Source of the DNA: Candidatus Rifleibacteriota bacterium
GTDB taxonomy: Bacteria; Muiribacteriota; Ozemobacteria; Ozemobacterales; Ozemobacteraceae
DNA: 54,926 bases
Assembly: GCA_028689875.1 (NCBI GenBank)
Contig: JAQVCG010000005.1
Coordinates: 1-54,926, forward strand
Direction of reading: 5' to 3'
The notes below the pieces were generated by a model. It did no database searches. It had not been told where the DNA came from and saw only the letters and a program-made list of their open reading frames with translations. This document shows, piece by piece, positions 8,864 through 17,228 of the stretch; the stretch's first letter is position 1, and each line of letters starts with the position of its first letter. A program made the position numbers and the translations under genes.

Positions 8864-10793
8864 AAAACGACAGGAATTGCTGATTCAAAATCTTCGGTCT
8901 ATATCTTCCGAAGTCAGAATCAGATCGGTGGAACAACTCGAAAACTTTCCTGTAATGCCGGCAGAAGAGAAGATACAACACATAGAGATTGCATTAAATG
9001 ATACTGATGAAAAAGTCAGAATCGCGGCTTTAGCGGCTATAACAAGACTGAAAGGCGGCGCAATACAGCCATCAACAGAGCCTTCCGATGCTCTACCTTT
9101 ACCTCCTCAGCCAACTATAGATAGTAATTCATCAGCTCTAGATGCTACTTCAGCTCCACTATTTCCCTCTACTTCGGCAGTTCCTTTGCCTCCTTTGCCA
9201 TCGTTAGATGCCGCTCCGGTAGCTCCTTCAGCTTCACCATTACCTTCAACTGTTCCCTCGTTTATTCCTCAGGTTCAATCGGTAATAGTTGAAAAAACTA
9301 AGTCCTCTTTTGTGAATGATGACTCTGAAAGTTTTTTAAAAGAGCCTCTAGATCCATCTTTACCGGATATTCAAAAGATTAATGATGTTGTATTTTTATT
9401 AGATCATATTAAAAAATTACAAACCACCAGACCATCAGGATATTTACAGCATCTTGTATCCTTGGCTGTTTTTCCAATTGAAGAAGTTGCATTAACGGCT
9501 TTGCAGGCTTTAGTAAATGTAAAAGACAATAGGGTTGTAGCATATATATTGAAGCTCATGTCAGATACCTCACAATCTTCTCAGCGCCGATTTCTTATGC
9601 TCAAGATTATATTGGATTCGCAAGCACCTTTAAATAATGAATTGTTAGAAGAAATATTGGTTAATGAGAAAGATGTAATCGTTAAATCGGGCTTAGTCAA
9701 AGTTTATGCGAGAAGTGTGGGAGAGAAGGGTTTAAATACATTAGCAAGGTGTTTAAGAGACGAAGACCCGCGAGTTCGTGCAAATACTGTAGAAGTTATT
9801 GAAGAACAAAAAATTAAGGGTTGTGAAAGAAATATTGCGGCGCTTTTAAGCGATACTGAAAATCGTGTTAAAGTTAATGCTGCAAAATATTTAGTTAAAA
9901 ATGGTTATAAACAAGCTTTTGAGACACTTAAAGCAATGTTGGTTTCCCAAGAAGTATGGCTTAGAGACAGTGTAATTTTTGCTCTTGGTGAAATCGGTGA
10001 TCAACCTTCTTTGACATTATTGAAAGCGGCGTTAAAAGATCCCAATCAAGGAATTCGTCTTAGTGTGCTTAAAGCTTTAAGTAATATCAACAACACCACT
10101 GCACGCCAGGTTTTAAATGCTGCATGTAAAGATCCAGATCCAGTTGTTGCTCAAGTAGCATATTCTTTGTGTGAAAAACTAAAGAACGTGCCGGTTAAGT
10201 CAGATAAACAATACCCAGAAAGTGCTGCTAAGCCAGTATCTCCCGTTGCAGCACCGATACCTGTTGCGCCGATAGCACCTGTTGCGCCTGTTGCGCCTGT
10301 AGCACCTGTAGCACCTGTAGCGCCTGCAGTGCCTGTAGCGCCTGTTGCGCCGCCAGCACCCATTCCGCCTATTCCCTCTGCTTCGCTGAAACCTCCTGCT
10401 GCAGCGCCTTTGCCGCCTATCACTCCTATGGTTGCTTCACAAAGTCCTGTTTCCGGTTTTCCTAATATTTTAAGTGCCAATGAAAATGATTCTCAAGACG
10501 AGAGTGCGAATTTTGAAAAACCTCGATCTGCAGAAATATTTGCTCGTTTATGCTCAAATGATTTGAGAGAGATGAATTCGGCAGTGAGAGACATAGCTTT
10601 TGTTATGGGAAAAGATCAAATGATTTTGATTAAGAAAGCTTTGACATTAAGCGATGAAGGCGTAAGAATAGCAGCAATAAGAATCTTGACACGAAAACGG
10701 ACGCCGGAGGCAAGAGAATTGCTTGTAAAATACGCATCAGACTCAAATGAAATTATTCGTTCATTGGTTGAAAAAACATTGTCGTTAGGCTAA
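8853..10793 (+). CDS. HEAT-repeat (PBS-lyase-HEAT-like) protein with two Pro/Ala-rich low-complexity linkers
   Basis: The ORF contains repeated helical units: [92 protein letters not shown] and [13 protein letters not shown]. It overlaps the upstream mnmG copy by 11 nt. Confidence 0.75.
   Translation: MLNKKRQELLIQNLRSISSEVRIRSVEQLENFPVMPAEEKIQHIEIALNDTDEKVRIAALAAITRLKGGAIQPSTEPSDALPLPPQPTIDSNSSALDATSAPLFPSTSAVPLPPLPSLDAAPVAPSASPLPSTVPSFIPQVQSVIVEKTKSSFVNDDSESFLKEPLDPSLPDIQKINDVVFLLDHIKKLQTTRPSGYLQHLVSLAVFPIEEVALTALQALVNVKDNRVVAYILKLMSDTSQSSQRRFLMLKIILDSQAPLNNELLEEILVNEKDVIVKSGLVKVYARSVGEKGLNTLARCLRDEDPRVRANTVEVIEEQKIKGCERNIAALLSDTENRVKVNAAKYLVKNGYKQAFETLKAMLVSQEVWLRDSVIFALGEIGDQPSLTLLKAALKDPNQGIRLSVLKALSNINNTTARQVLNAACKDPDPVVAQVAYSLCEKLKNVPVKSDKQYPESAAKPVSPVAAPIPVAPIAPVAPVAPVAPVAPVAPAVPVAPVAPPAPIPPIPSASLKPPAAAPLPPITPMVASQSPVSGFPNILSANENDSQDESANFEKPRSAEIFARLCSNDLREMNSAVRDIAFVMGKDQMILIKKALTLSDEGVRIAAIRILTRKRTPEARELLVKYASDSNEIIRSLVEKTLSLG
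10260..10358 (+). repeat. In-frame 9-bp tandem repeat (CCT GTW GCR)n encoding (PVA)n
   Basis: About 8 near-perfect consecutive 9-nt units lie at 10278-10349, with degenerate flanks. The translated sequence is [34 protein letters not shown]. Confidence 0.9.
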
Positions 10794-10799
10794 TAAAAC

Positions 10800-12692
10800 G
10801 TGAAAAACAGTAAAGAATTTGATGTGATTGTAGTCGGGGCAGGTCATGCAGGTTGCGAAGCGGCTCTTGCATCTGCCGGAAGCGGTCTGAAGACTCTTTT
10901 ATTCACAATAACTTTAGAAACAATTGCAGCTTTACCTTGTAATCCGAGTATTGGAGGACAGGGTAAGGGGCAGTTAGTGCGTGAAATTGACGCATTAGGC
11001 GGGGAAATGGGCATTGTCGCCGATGAAACCAGTATTCAAAGAAGACGTCTGAATACTCGCAAGGGAATTGCTGTTCAGGCTAATAGATTTCAGTCGGATA
11101 AAGAAGCTTATAGCCGAAGAATGATGAAATCTCTTTTTACTAAACCCAACCTTTATGTGTTACAGGCGATGGTAACTGATTTGTGTTTTGAAAATGGCGC
11201 CATTGCAGGAGTGAAAATTATCTCCGGAGAAACTTGGTTTGCGCCGGTTGTAGTTATTACTGCAGGCACTTTTTTGCGTGGCAAAATTCATATCGGAAGC
11301 ACAAACTATTCTGCCGGAAGAGCCGGTGAGCCTGCTGCTGACCATCTTGGCGAGTCTTTACTTAAACTTGGATTGCCTTTGGCGAGATTTAAGACCGGTA
11401 CTCCCCCAAGAGTAAACGTTTCAAGCATAAATTTTGAAGGATTAGAACGCCAGGATAACGATGATGAAACTGCTCCATTTTCACTTTGGTCAGAACCTTC
11501 TATTTTTGAAACCCGACCTTGCTATATAACACATACTAATAAAGAAACTCATAGAATAATTAAAGAAAATTTTGGGCGTTCTGCAATGATGTCTGGCATA
11601 ATTAAGGGTACCGGAGTAAGATACTGCCCGTCAATTGAGGACAAACTTAGCAAATTCCCCGACAAAGACTGTCATAAGGTATTTTTAGAGCCGGAAGGCT
11701 ATTATAGTAACGAAATTTATCTGCAGGGGCTTTCAACCAGTTTACCTGAAGATGTTCAAGAGGCATATGTTCAGACGATTAAGGGGTTAGAAAACGCACA
11801 AATAACCAGGCCGGGATATGCGATTGAATACGATATAATTGATCCGATTGATTTACATCCTACTCTTATGTCTAAATCAATAAAAAATCTATTTTTGGCA
11901 GGGCAAATAAATGGAACATCGGGATACGAAGAGGCTGCTGCTCAAGGTCTTGTGGCCGGAATAAATGCTGCTGCGGCTTTTAAAGGGAAACCCCCTCTTT
12001 TGCTTGATGCAGAAACTTCATATACAGGATTATTAATCAGAGATATTACAACACTTGGTATAACAGAACCTTACCGCGTGTTCACTTCACGTTCTCCGTT
12101 CCGCTTAAATTTGAGAATGACTAATGCAGAATCGAGATTGTCTGAAATAGGCTTTGAACGAGGGGTTTTATCTTTACAAAAAATAGAAAAAATAAGACAG
12201 CGAGAAGATGGTATGAAGTCTCTAGAAAAAAAACTTGAGTCTTATACCCTTACTCCCAATAAACTTGAAGAAGTTTTTCCTGAGTTTGCTGTTCCAAAGC
12301 CGTCTTCTTCTGTATCTTTTGCACAAATTCTTAAAAGATCAGATGTGGACTTGAAACAATTTGTAAATCAAATTCCTGAAATAAATGACTTAGACAAATT
12401 AGCTTCTCTTGAAGTTGAGGCCAGGGTAAAGTATGCCGGTTATCTCGTTCAACAGCAAAAAGAATTCGAGTTGCAAGAGTCGATGAAAGAAATATTGCTT
12501 GATGACAATTTTTTTGAAAATCTTCCTGTAGCAGTAAGTCATGAAGCGAAAATAAAAATTCTTGGGGTGCGTCCTAAAACTGTAGGAGAGCTTGCTAATA
12601 TCCCGGGTGTAAGAGCTTCTGATTTGGCTTTAATTATTATGACAGTGAAAAAAAGAGATCATAAATCTGTGCGCACCGGCTCTATTTGTTAA
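10800..12692 (+). CDS. mnmG: tRNA uridine 5-carboxymethylaminomethyl modification enzyme MnmG (canonical-looking copy 2)
   Basis: The ORF starts at GTG. VVGAGHAGCEAALASA, LPCNPSIGGQGKGQLVREIDALGGEM, SAGRAGEP, RYCPSIEDKLSKF, GYAIEYD, NGTSGYEEAAAQGL, YRVFTSRSPFRL and the C-terminal VKYAGYL...GVRASDLALI are all present. Confidence 0.92.
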   Translation: MKNSKEFDVIVVGAGHAGCEAALASAGSGLKTLLFTITLETIAALPCNPSIGGQGKGQLVREIDALGGEMGIVADETSIQRRRLNTRKGIAVQANRFQSDKEAYSRRMMKSLFTKPNLYVLQAMVTDLCFENGAIAGVKIISGETWFAPVVVITAGTFLRGKIHIGSTNYSAGRAGEPAADHLGESLLKLGLPLARFKTGTPPRVNVSSINFEGLERQDNDDETAPFSLWSEPSIFETRPCYITHTNKETHRIIKENFGRSAMMSGIIKGTGVRYCPSIEDKLSKFPDKDCHKVFLEPEGYYSNEIYLQGLSTSLPEDVQEAYVQTIKGLENAQITRPGYAIEYDIIDPIDLHPTLMSKSIKNLFLAGQINGTSGYEEAAAQGLVAGINAAAAFKGKPPLLLDAETSYTGLLIRDITTLGITEPYRVFTSRSPFRLNLRMTNAESRLSEIGFERGVLSLQKIEKIRQREDGMKSLEKKLESYTLTPNKLEEVFPEFAVPKPSSSVSFAQILKRSDVDLKQFVNQIPEINDLDKLASLEVEARVKYAGYLVQQQKEFELQESMKEILLDDNFFENLPVAVSHEAKIKILGVRPKTVGELANIPGVRASDLALIIMTVKKRDHKSVRTGSIC

Positions 12693-13497
12693 CTCTTTTA
12701 GCTGAACTCTTATACGCAGAATCTACTATTAGTCTATTTCTTCTTTTGTAAATTTCTGAGTCATAGTGTAATTTAATGGTTTTCCAATCAGCAAAAGCCA
12801 ACATATTTTGCAAAAGATTTAAAACTCTTTTATGGTCATAGAAATTAAACACAGGATATTCAACTGTTAACAATTCGACAGGAGAGCCGCATTCAAAAAA
12901 TCTTCTTTTCCAGCTTTCTCTAAAATGTCCGCCTGAATCACAACAATTTAAGAATACAATCTTGTAATTATTTGGAAATATTGTTGAATCAAGATCTTCT
13001 GAACTCGCTTTTATTATTTTATAGGGTTTCTTGTGTCTGTCTTCTATAAAATCTCCGTTTCCACATTTGAAAATATCATTTAAGGAAGAAAATGCCATTC
13101 CGCCGCCGTATCTGGCGTGTCCGGAATAAATAACAATATCAACGGTTGGGTCTTCTAAGGCCATTTTAAATATATTTTTCGGGTTATTGTCTATTTGGGT
13201 AATCATACCTACTTCGATTGTGACAGGAAGGCCTTTGTAAAAAAGTTTTTTTCCGTTTAAGGTTGTGAATATAGGCAGAGAGCCAATGATTGTGTCGCGT
13301 GGGTGGTCATATCCCCAAAAAACAGCTATGCGCAGTTTGCCGTCGCTAAACATTGCTTCATAGTTTGGACTGCCTATTGGTAAGGTGTCATTTACGGTTC
13401 GCTGCACAGTTCTTCTCACTGCAGCTCCGTTTAATGTGAGAGCCATGAGAAGCAAGCATATAAATGAGCTTAGACTGTAAAATCTTTTGTATGACAT
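12682..13497 (-). CDS. Secreted hypothetical protein with caspase-fold-like His/Cys dyad motifs
   Basis: I shortened the ORF-track frame to the internal ATG at 13497, which gives the signal peptide MSYKRFYSLSSFICLLLMALTLNGA. VDIVIYSGHARYGGG and YKIVFLNCCDSGGH resemble the strand-His-Gly and strand-Cys motifs of clan CD (caspase/metacaspase-like) peptidases. The family assignment is tentative. Confidence 0.55.
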   Translation of the reverse strand: MSYKRFYSLSSFICLLLMALTLNGAAVRRTVQRTVNDTLPIGSPNYEAMFSDGKLRIAVFWGYDHPRDTIIGSLPIFTTLNGKKLFYKGLPVTIEVGMITQIDNNPKNIFKMALEDPTVDIVIYSGHARYGGGMAFSSLNDIFKCGNGDFIEDRHKKPYKIIKASSEDLDSTIFPNNYKIVFLNCCDSGGHFRESWKRRFFECGSPVELLTVEYPVFNFYDHKRVLNLLQNMLAFADWKTIKLHYDSEIYKRRNRLIVDSAYKSSAKRVNK

Positions 13498-13591
13498 TAT
13501 GTTGTTTTCATCGGCAAAATTATTGTCTATATTAATCATTAAAAAATAATGTTGAAATACAAGGGGTTTTGAATTAGATTTAAACTGTTGC

Positions 13592-14299
13592 TTGAGTATG
13601 GGGATAAAATTTATGTTAAATACAATTGATAAAAATGCCAAAAATTCAGAATTAGCCTCTGTAGGGTTGTTTTGGTCATTTGTCCTATTGGCAATTGCTG
13701 TTTATTTTTGGGAATCTCCATTTTTATTGCCTATTAAATACCTGACAGTTTTCTTTCATGAGCTTTCTCACGGAATCTCTGCTGTTTTGACCGGCGGCGA
13801 AATTGCGAAAATAGAGTTGAGTTTTAACCAAGGCGGCTTATGTTACACAGCCGGCGGCATTCGCTGGATAGTATTGTCGTCGGGTTATCTTGGAAGCCTT
13901 TTATGGGGTTGTGGCATTTTAATTGCTAATGTTCGTTATAAGCAAGAAAAGCTATTGATGAACTTGCTTTCTCTTATCTTTATTATTTCAATAATTCTTT
14001 GGGTGAGAAACCTTGAAGGGATCGTTATTTGTTCTATTTTAGCTCTTATTACCTATTTGATTCCAAAATACGCTAATAGATATGTCTGTGATGTGATTTT
14101 AAACTTTATAGCATTATCTTCATGCTTTTACGCAATAATTGATATAAAGGGAGACTTGATAGACAGAACTGTCGGCGTATCAGATGCTGCAAGACTGGGT
14201 GAAATGTTTTTATTACCAGGCTGGCTTATAGGTATAGTATGGTTGGTCATGGCTTTGGTAATAACCTTTAAAACCGTCTCGTATTCATTAAAAAGATGA
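13592..14299 (+). CDS. Peptidase M50B-like polytopic membrane protein
   Basis: FHELSHGISAVLTGGEIAKIEL...GG...SGYLGSLLWG matches the M50B-like HExxH family pattern, and there are about 6 hydrophobic helices. The start may instead be the ATG at 13613. Confidence 0.7.
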   Translation: MSMGIKFMLNTIDKNAKNSELASVGLFWSFVLLAIAVYFWESPFLLPIKYLTVFFHELSHGISAVLTGGEIAKIELSFNQGGLCYTAGGIRWIVLSSGYLGSLLWGCGILIANVRYKQEKLLMNLLSLIFIISIILWVRNLEGIVICSILALITYLIPKYANRYVCDVILNFIALSSCFYAIIDIKGDLIDRTVGVSDAARLGEMFLLPGWLIGIVWLVMALVITFKTVSYSLKR

Positions 14300-14316
14300 T
14301 TTAAATTATATAATAA

Positions 14317-15915
14317 ATGTCAAAATTAACGATAGAACAGTTACTTAACTTAAAGAACTTACAAAGATCTCTCGATGATACCATTGAAGAACTACAGTAT
14401 TCTTCGCGAAGCTTGGAATATGCTCTTCAAGTAATTTATAAATTTTTAAATGAATCAATCCAAATATCCGGTTTCTTTGTCCAAACTATGGATGAAAGTC
14501 TTAAAACCGAGGTATATTCATTTGGAAGATGTGCAGTCGATTCAGACACAATTCTAGGATTTACAAAAGACTTGCATAAAAAAGAAAAATTTATTTTGGG
14601 TAAATTATCTCTGTTTTTTCAACCGGTAGATATGGCAGGAAATATAATCGGTTATATTGCTCTTGCATACGATGATATAATGGCTCCTGAAACAGAATTT
14701 GGGTTCGAAATTTTAAATTGTGTCAGTGAGATTCTTGATAATTATTTTTTTAGCATTCATTTAAGCAGTGTTAAACACAGACTTTTTATAGACATACAGC
14801 TGGCTTTAAAAAATACTTCATTGCTGCTTGCTCTTGATGAGGCGATAACCTTATTAAGACCTTATGCTCCCCATAAGAAAATTTTCATTGTTTATACAGA
14901 TAAAGAACTCACAAACAGAGAGACGGTTCATTATATTTATTATGAAGATGGTATTAGATTATTTGATTCAACTGAAAAGCCTTTTTATAAGTTTGACAGG
15001 TTTGTTCGTGCTCACGATAATTATCTATCAGCTTCATATGACGAAATTAAAAATCTGTTTAGTGATGATTCTGAGCCGGTAGTATCCTATTTGAGAAGCG
15101 GTTATTCAGATTCAGAATTCATTGGAATGGTCGCTGTTATGCCTGATTCGCTTTCATCTCTTTCTGTTTTTTCGAGAGAGGTATTTCAGGTGCTTATTGA
15201 AGAATTAAGGCAACGATTGATCGATTTAAACAGAGAACAAAACATTCTACGCAAATATTTTTCAAACCTTGCTATTACTCGTTTAATTAAAGAACCTGAT
15301 TATATAAGAAAGTATTTATCGCCGAGAACAGCAGAAATCGGTATTTTGTTTGCAGATTTATGTGGTTTTACAAAAATCAGTGAGCAAATTTTAAAAAAAC
15401 CGGAAAGAATCAATAGTTTTATTAATAAATGGTCAAAGGGTGTTGTAAAAAGGGTTTTTCCATTAGGGGCCAGTTTGGACAAATTGGTTGGTGATTGCTT
15501 GATTTTTCTTTTTGGTCCTCCATTTTATGAAGATTCAGCTGAGATAAAAGTAAAGCATGCTTTGCAGGCAGCAAATTTGATTGTAAACTATACTAAGGAT
15601 TTTTTGTCTTTGCCTGAAAATGAGGATATAAGCCAGCATCCTGATTTTGAATTTTTTGGAGTATCTGTTGCCGTAAATTATTGCAAAGTAGTTGTCGGAC
15701 TTACCGGTCCCAATGAAGATCTGACTGCCTTTAGTTCCGGAGTCAACAATACGGCAAGATTACAGGGAATTGCGGGTGCTAATACAGTTCTTGTTACAAA
15801 TTCTGTAAGAGACATTGCCAGTGCTTCAGAAAACTGGGTGTTTGAAGGGCCTGATAAAATAATGGTAAAGAATGTTAAAGACCCGATAACTTATTATAAG
15901 TTAAAACTGACATAA
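14317..15915 (+). CDS. Class III nucleotidyl (adenylate/guanylate-type) cyclase with a ~330-aa N-terminal sensor region
   Basis: The C-terminal domain carries GILFADLCGFTKISE (metal Asp), DKLVGDCLIFLFGPP (second Asp) and GVNNTARLQG (Asn/Arg transition-state residues). I did not recognise the N-terminal part. Confidence 0.8.
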   Translation: MSKLTIEQLLNLKNLQRSLDDTIEELQYSSRSLEYALQVIYKFLNESIQISGFFVQTMDESLKTEVYSFGRCAVDSDTILGFTKDLHKKEKFILGKLSLFFQPVDMAGNIIGYIALAYDDIMAPETEFGFEILNCVSEILDNYFFSIHLSSVKHRLFIDIQLALKNTSLLLALDEAITLLRPYAPHKKIFIVYTDKELTNRETVHYIYYEDGIRLFDSTEKPFYKFDRFVRAHDNYLSASYDEIKNLFSDDSEPVVSYLRSGYSDSEFIGMVAVMPDSLSSLSVFSREVFQVLIEELRQRLIDLNREQNILRKYFSNLAITRLIKEPDYIRKYLSPRTAEIGILFADLCGFTKISEQILKKPERINSFINKWSKGVVKRVFPLGASLDKLVGDCLIFLFGPPFYEDSAEIKVKHALQAANLIVNYTKDFLSLPENEDISQHPDFEFFGVSVAVNYCKVVVGLTGPNEDLTAFSSGVNNTARLQGIAGANTVLVTNSVRDIASASENWVFEGPDKIMVKNVKDPITYYKLKLT

Positions 15916-15917
15916 AC

Positions 15918-16169
15918 ATGAAGTGGTTTGTATACATTTTAGAATGTGATGACAACTCTTTTTATACAGGAATCACAAATGACGTAGAAAAGCGTGTTGC
16001 CGCACACAATAAGGGAACAGCTTCCAAATATACAAGATGCCGTTGCCCTGTAAAGGTTGTTTATTTAGAACCACAAAACGACCGCTCTTCAGCAACAAAA
16101 AGAGAATTAGAAATTAAGTCTTTTTCCAAAAAAAAGAAAAATGAGCTAATATTAAGCCAAAGAAGCTGA
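15918..16169 (+). CDS. GIY-YIG domain protein (small YhbQ/UPF0213-like)
   Basis: The ORF begins MKWFVYILECDDNSFYTGITNDVEKRVAAHNKG..SKYTR, which is the GIY-YIG signature. It is a single domain of 83 aa and starts 2 nt after the cyclase stop. Confidence 0.85.
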   Translation: MKWFVYILECDDNSFYTGITNDVEKRVAAHNKGTASKYTRCRCPVKVVYLEPQNDRSSATKRELEIKSFSKKKKNELILSQRS

Positions 16170-16793
16170 TTCTTCCTGTTTTTCTTCCGTTTCAGTATCT
16201 GTTTCAGTTTCATCAGTTTTAAAGCTACAAGTAATTGTTCTAAGCTCCTCAACAATACTATTTAGCTCTTCAGTTACCTGTGCTGCTGAATCAGGAGTCA
16301 GCGATTTCCCTTCTATTTTAGCTTTAATTTCATTACTTGTTTTAACAAGTCTTTCAATGATTTCTCTGTCTTTGTTTATCATTGCAGACAAAGATTCTGA
16401 CATTTTGTTGAAAGCATCTTGCAGATCTCGTAACTCGTCACCTTGTCGCAAATGAATACGATGCGTCAGATCACCTGATGCGATCATCTTTGTGGTTTCT
16501 TCCAGTCTGTAAACGGGTCCTGCAATTTTATGAGATACTAATATTGAAAGCGCGGCTATTACCAGGACAAAAATGCCTATCCACCTCAGCAAAAGATTAT
16601 TTACAGAGTCAAAAATTACGGAAAGCTTGTCAAGAGTTAAATCCGGGGTGTTAGCTATCTGACTCCATGATGTGTCATAAGTTATCCAGCCTACGCCAAA
16701 AGCCACCATTAGCATTGTGGAAATTATTATGCCCATGTATCGCAATTGAAGTCCGGTTTTAATCAAATAGGTTCTTCTTCTGTGTTTGGTCAT
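16152..16793 (-). CDS. Membrane protein with two TM helices, a HAMP domain and a coiled coil; no output domain
   Basis: KIAGPVYRLEETTKMIASGDLTHRIHLRQGDELRDLQDAFNKMSESL is a HAMP pattern. It is followed by heptad-like sequence and an acidic tail, TDETETDTETEEKQEE. Confidence 0.75.
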   Translation of the reverse strand: MTKHRRRTYLIKTGLQLRYMGIIISTMLMVAFGVGWITYDTSWSQIANTPDLTLDKLSVIFDSVNNLLLRWIGIFVLVIAALSILVSHKIAGPVYRLEETTKMIASGDLTHRIHLRQGDELRDLQDAFNKMSESLSAMINKDREIIERLVKTSNEIKAKIEGKSLTPDSAAQVTEELNSIVEELRTITCSFKTDETETDTETEEKQEESASLA

Positions 16794-17155
16794 TTTTCAT
16801 CTCCGTCTTTATGAACTGTGCAAACTACCTTGCCTTTATTATCGAACATAAAAATTCCTTTTTCCGGGCATATTTTTATTTCATCTAGAAAACCTTTTTC
16901 CTTAAGCAAATCTAAGTTTACTTTTTCACCGGGCTTAATTGCAGAAACACTGTTGTTTACATCGTGGTCTTCAATTGCTACACTAATTTTTTTTCTGATA
17001 TCTCTGCATGAAATGCTGTATATTCCTGAACGGGTATTCATATACTGCGGGAAAAATATAAACATTGCCATTAGAACGCCGCAAAGTATGAAAACTATTG
17101 AATACATAGCTAAATTGCCACGTCTTTTAGTGGTATTTATATTAATCAGTTTCAA
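16790..17155 (-). CDS. Hypothetical membrane-anchored small protein
   Basis: The ORF starts at TTG, with AGGAG 8 nt upstream. It has an N-terminal TM segment (YSIVFILCGVLMAMFIFF) and overlaps the HAMP gene by 4 nt. I recognised no family. Confidence 0.6.
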   Translation of the reverse strand: MKLININTTKRRGNLAMYSIVFILCGVLMAMFIFFPQYMNTRSGIYSISCRDIRKKISVAIEDHDVNNSVSAIKPGEKVNLDLLKEKGFLDEIKICPEKGIFMFDNKGKVVCTVHKDGDEK

Positions 17156-17228
17156 TTTGTTACTCCTGTATTAGTCTCATAAATGCTATCGACATTCATA
17201 TTTCGGTATCATAGTTTATTTTTTGCAG

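Noticed and set aside
10151-10480. A 109-aa - strand ORF (…[19 protein letters not shown]…) opposite the HEAT-protein gene.
   Set aside because: It is the mirror image of the in-frame 9-bp (PVA)n repeat. It is low-complexity, has no ribosome-binding site, and lies entirely inside a well-supported + strand gene.
13498-13641. The N-terminal 48-codon extension of the 12682..13641 ORF.
   Set aside because: The extension overlaps the divergent M50B-like gene start and would bury the signal peptide. The internal ATG at 13497 gives a textbook signal peptide.
14317-16169. Cyclase + GIY-YIG as a Pycsar/CBASS-like anti-phage system.
   Set aside because: The 83-aa GIY-YIG protein has no cyclic-nucleotide sensor domain and looks like the ubiquitous UPF0213/YhbQ type. 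No TIR, TM-effector, SAVED or cNMP-binding partner is present. I kept it only as a low-to-moderate-interest finding.
15918-16169. The GIY-YIG gene as a homing endonuclease or mobile element.
   Set aside because: It is a single minimal domain without a DNA-binding extension, and no intron, intein or repeat boundaries surround it.
16818-17174. A 118-aa + strand ORF antisense to the 121-aa membrane-protein gene.
   Set aside because: The - strand frame has an AGGAG-TTG start and a 4-nt overlap with the downstream HAMP gene. The + strand frame has no Shine-Dalgarno, would collide with the rluD 3' region, and has odd Ser/Phe/Ile-rich composition.
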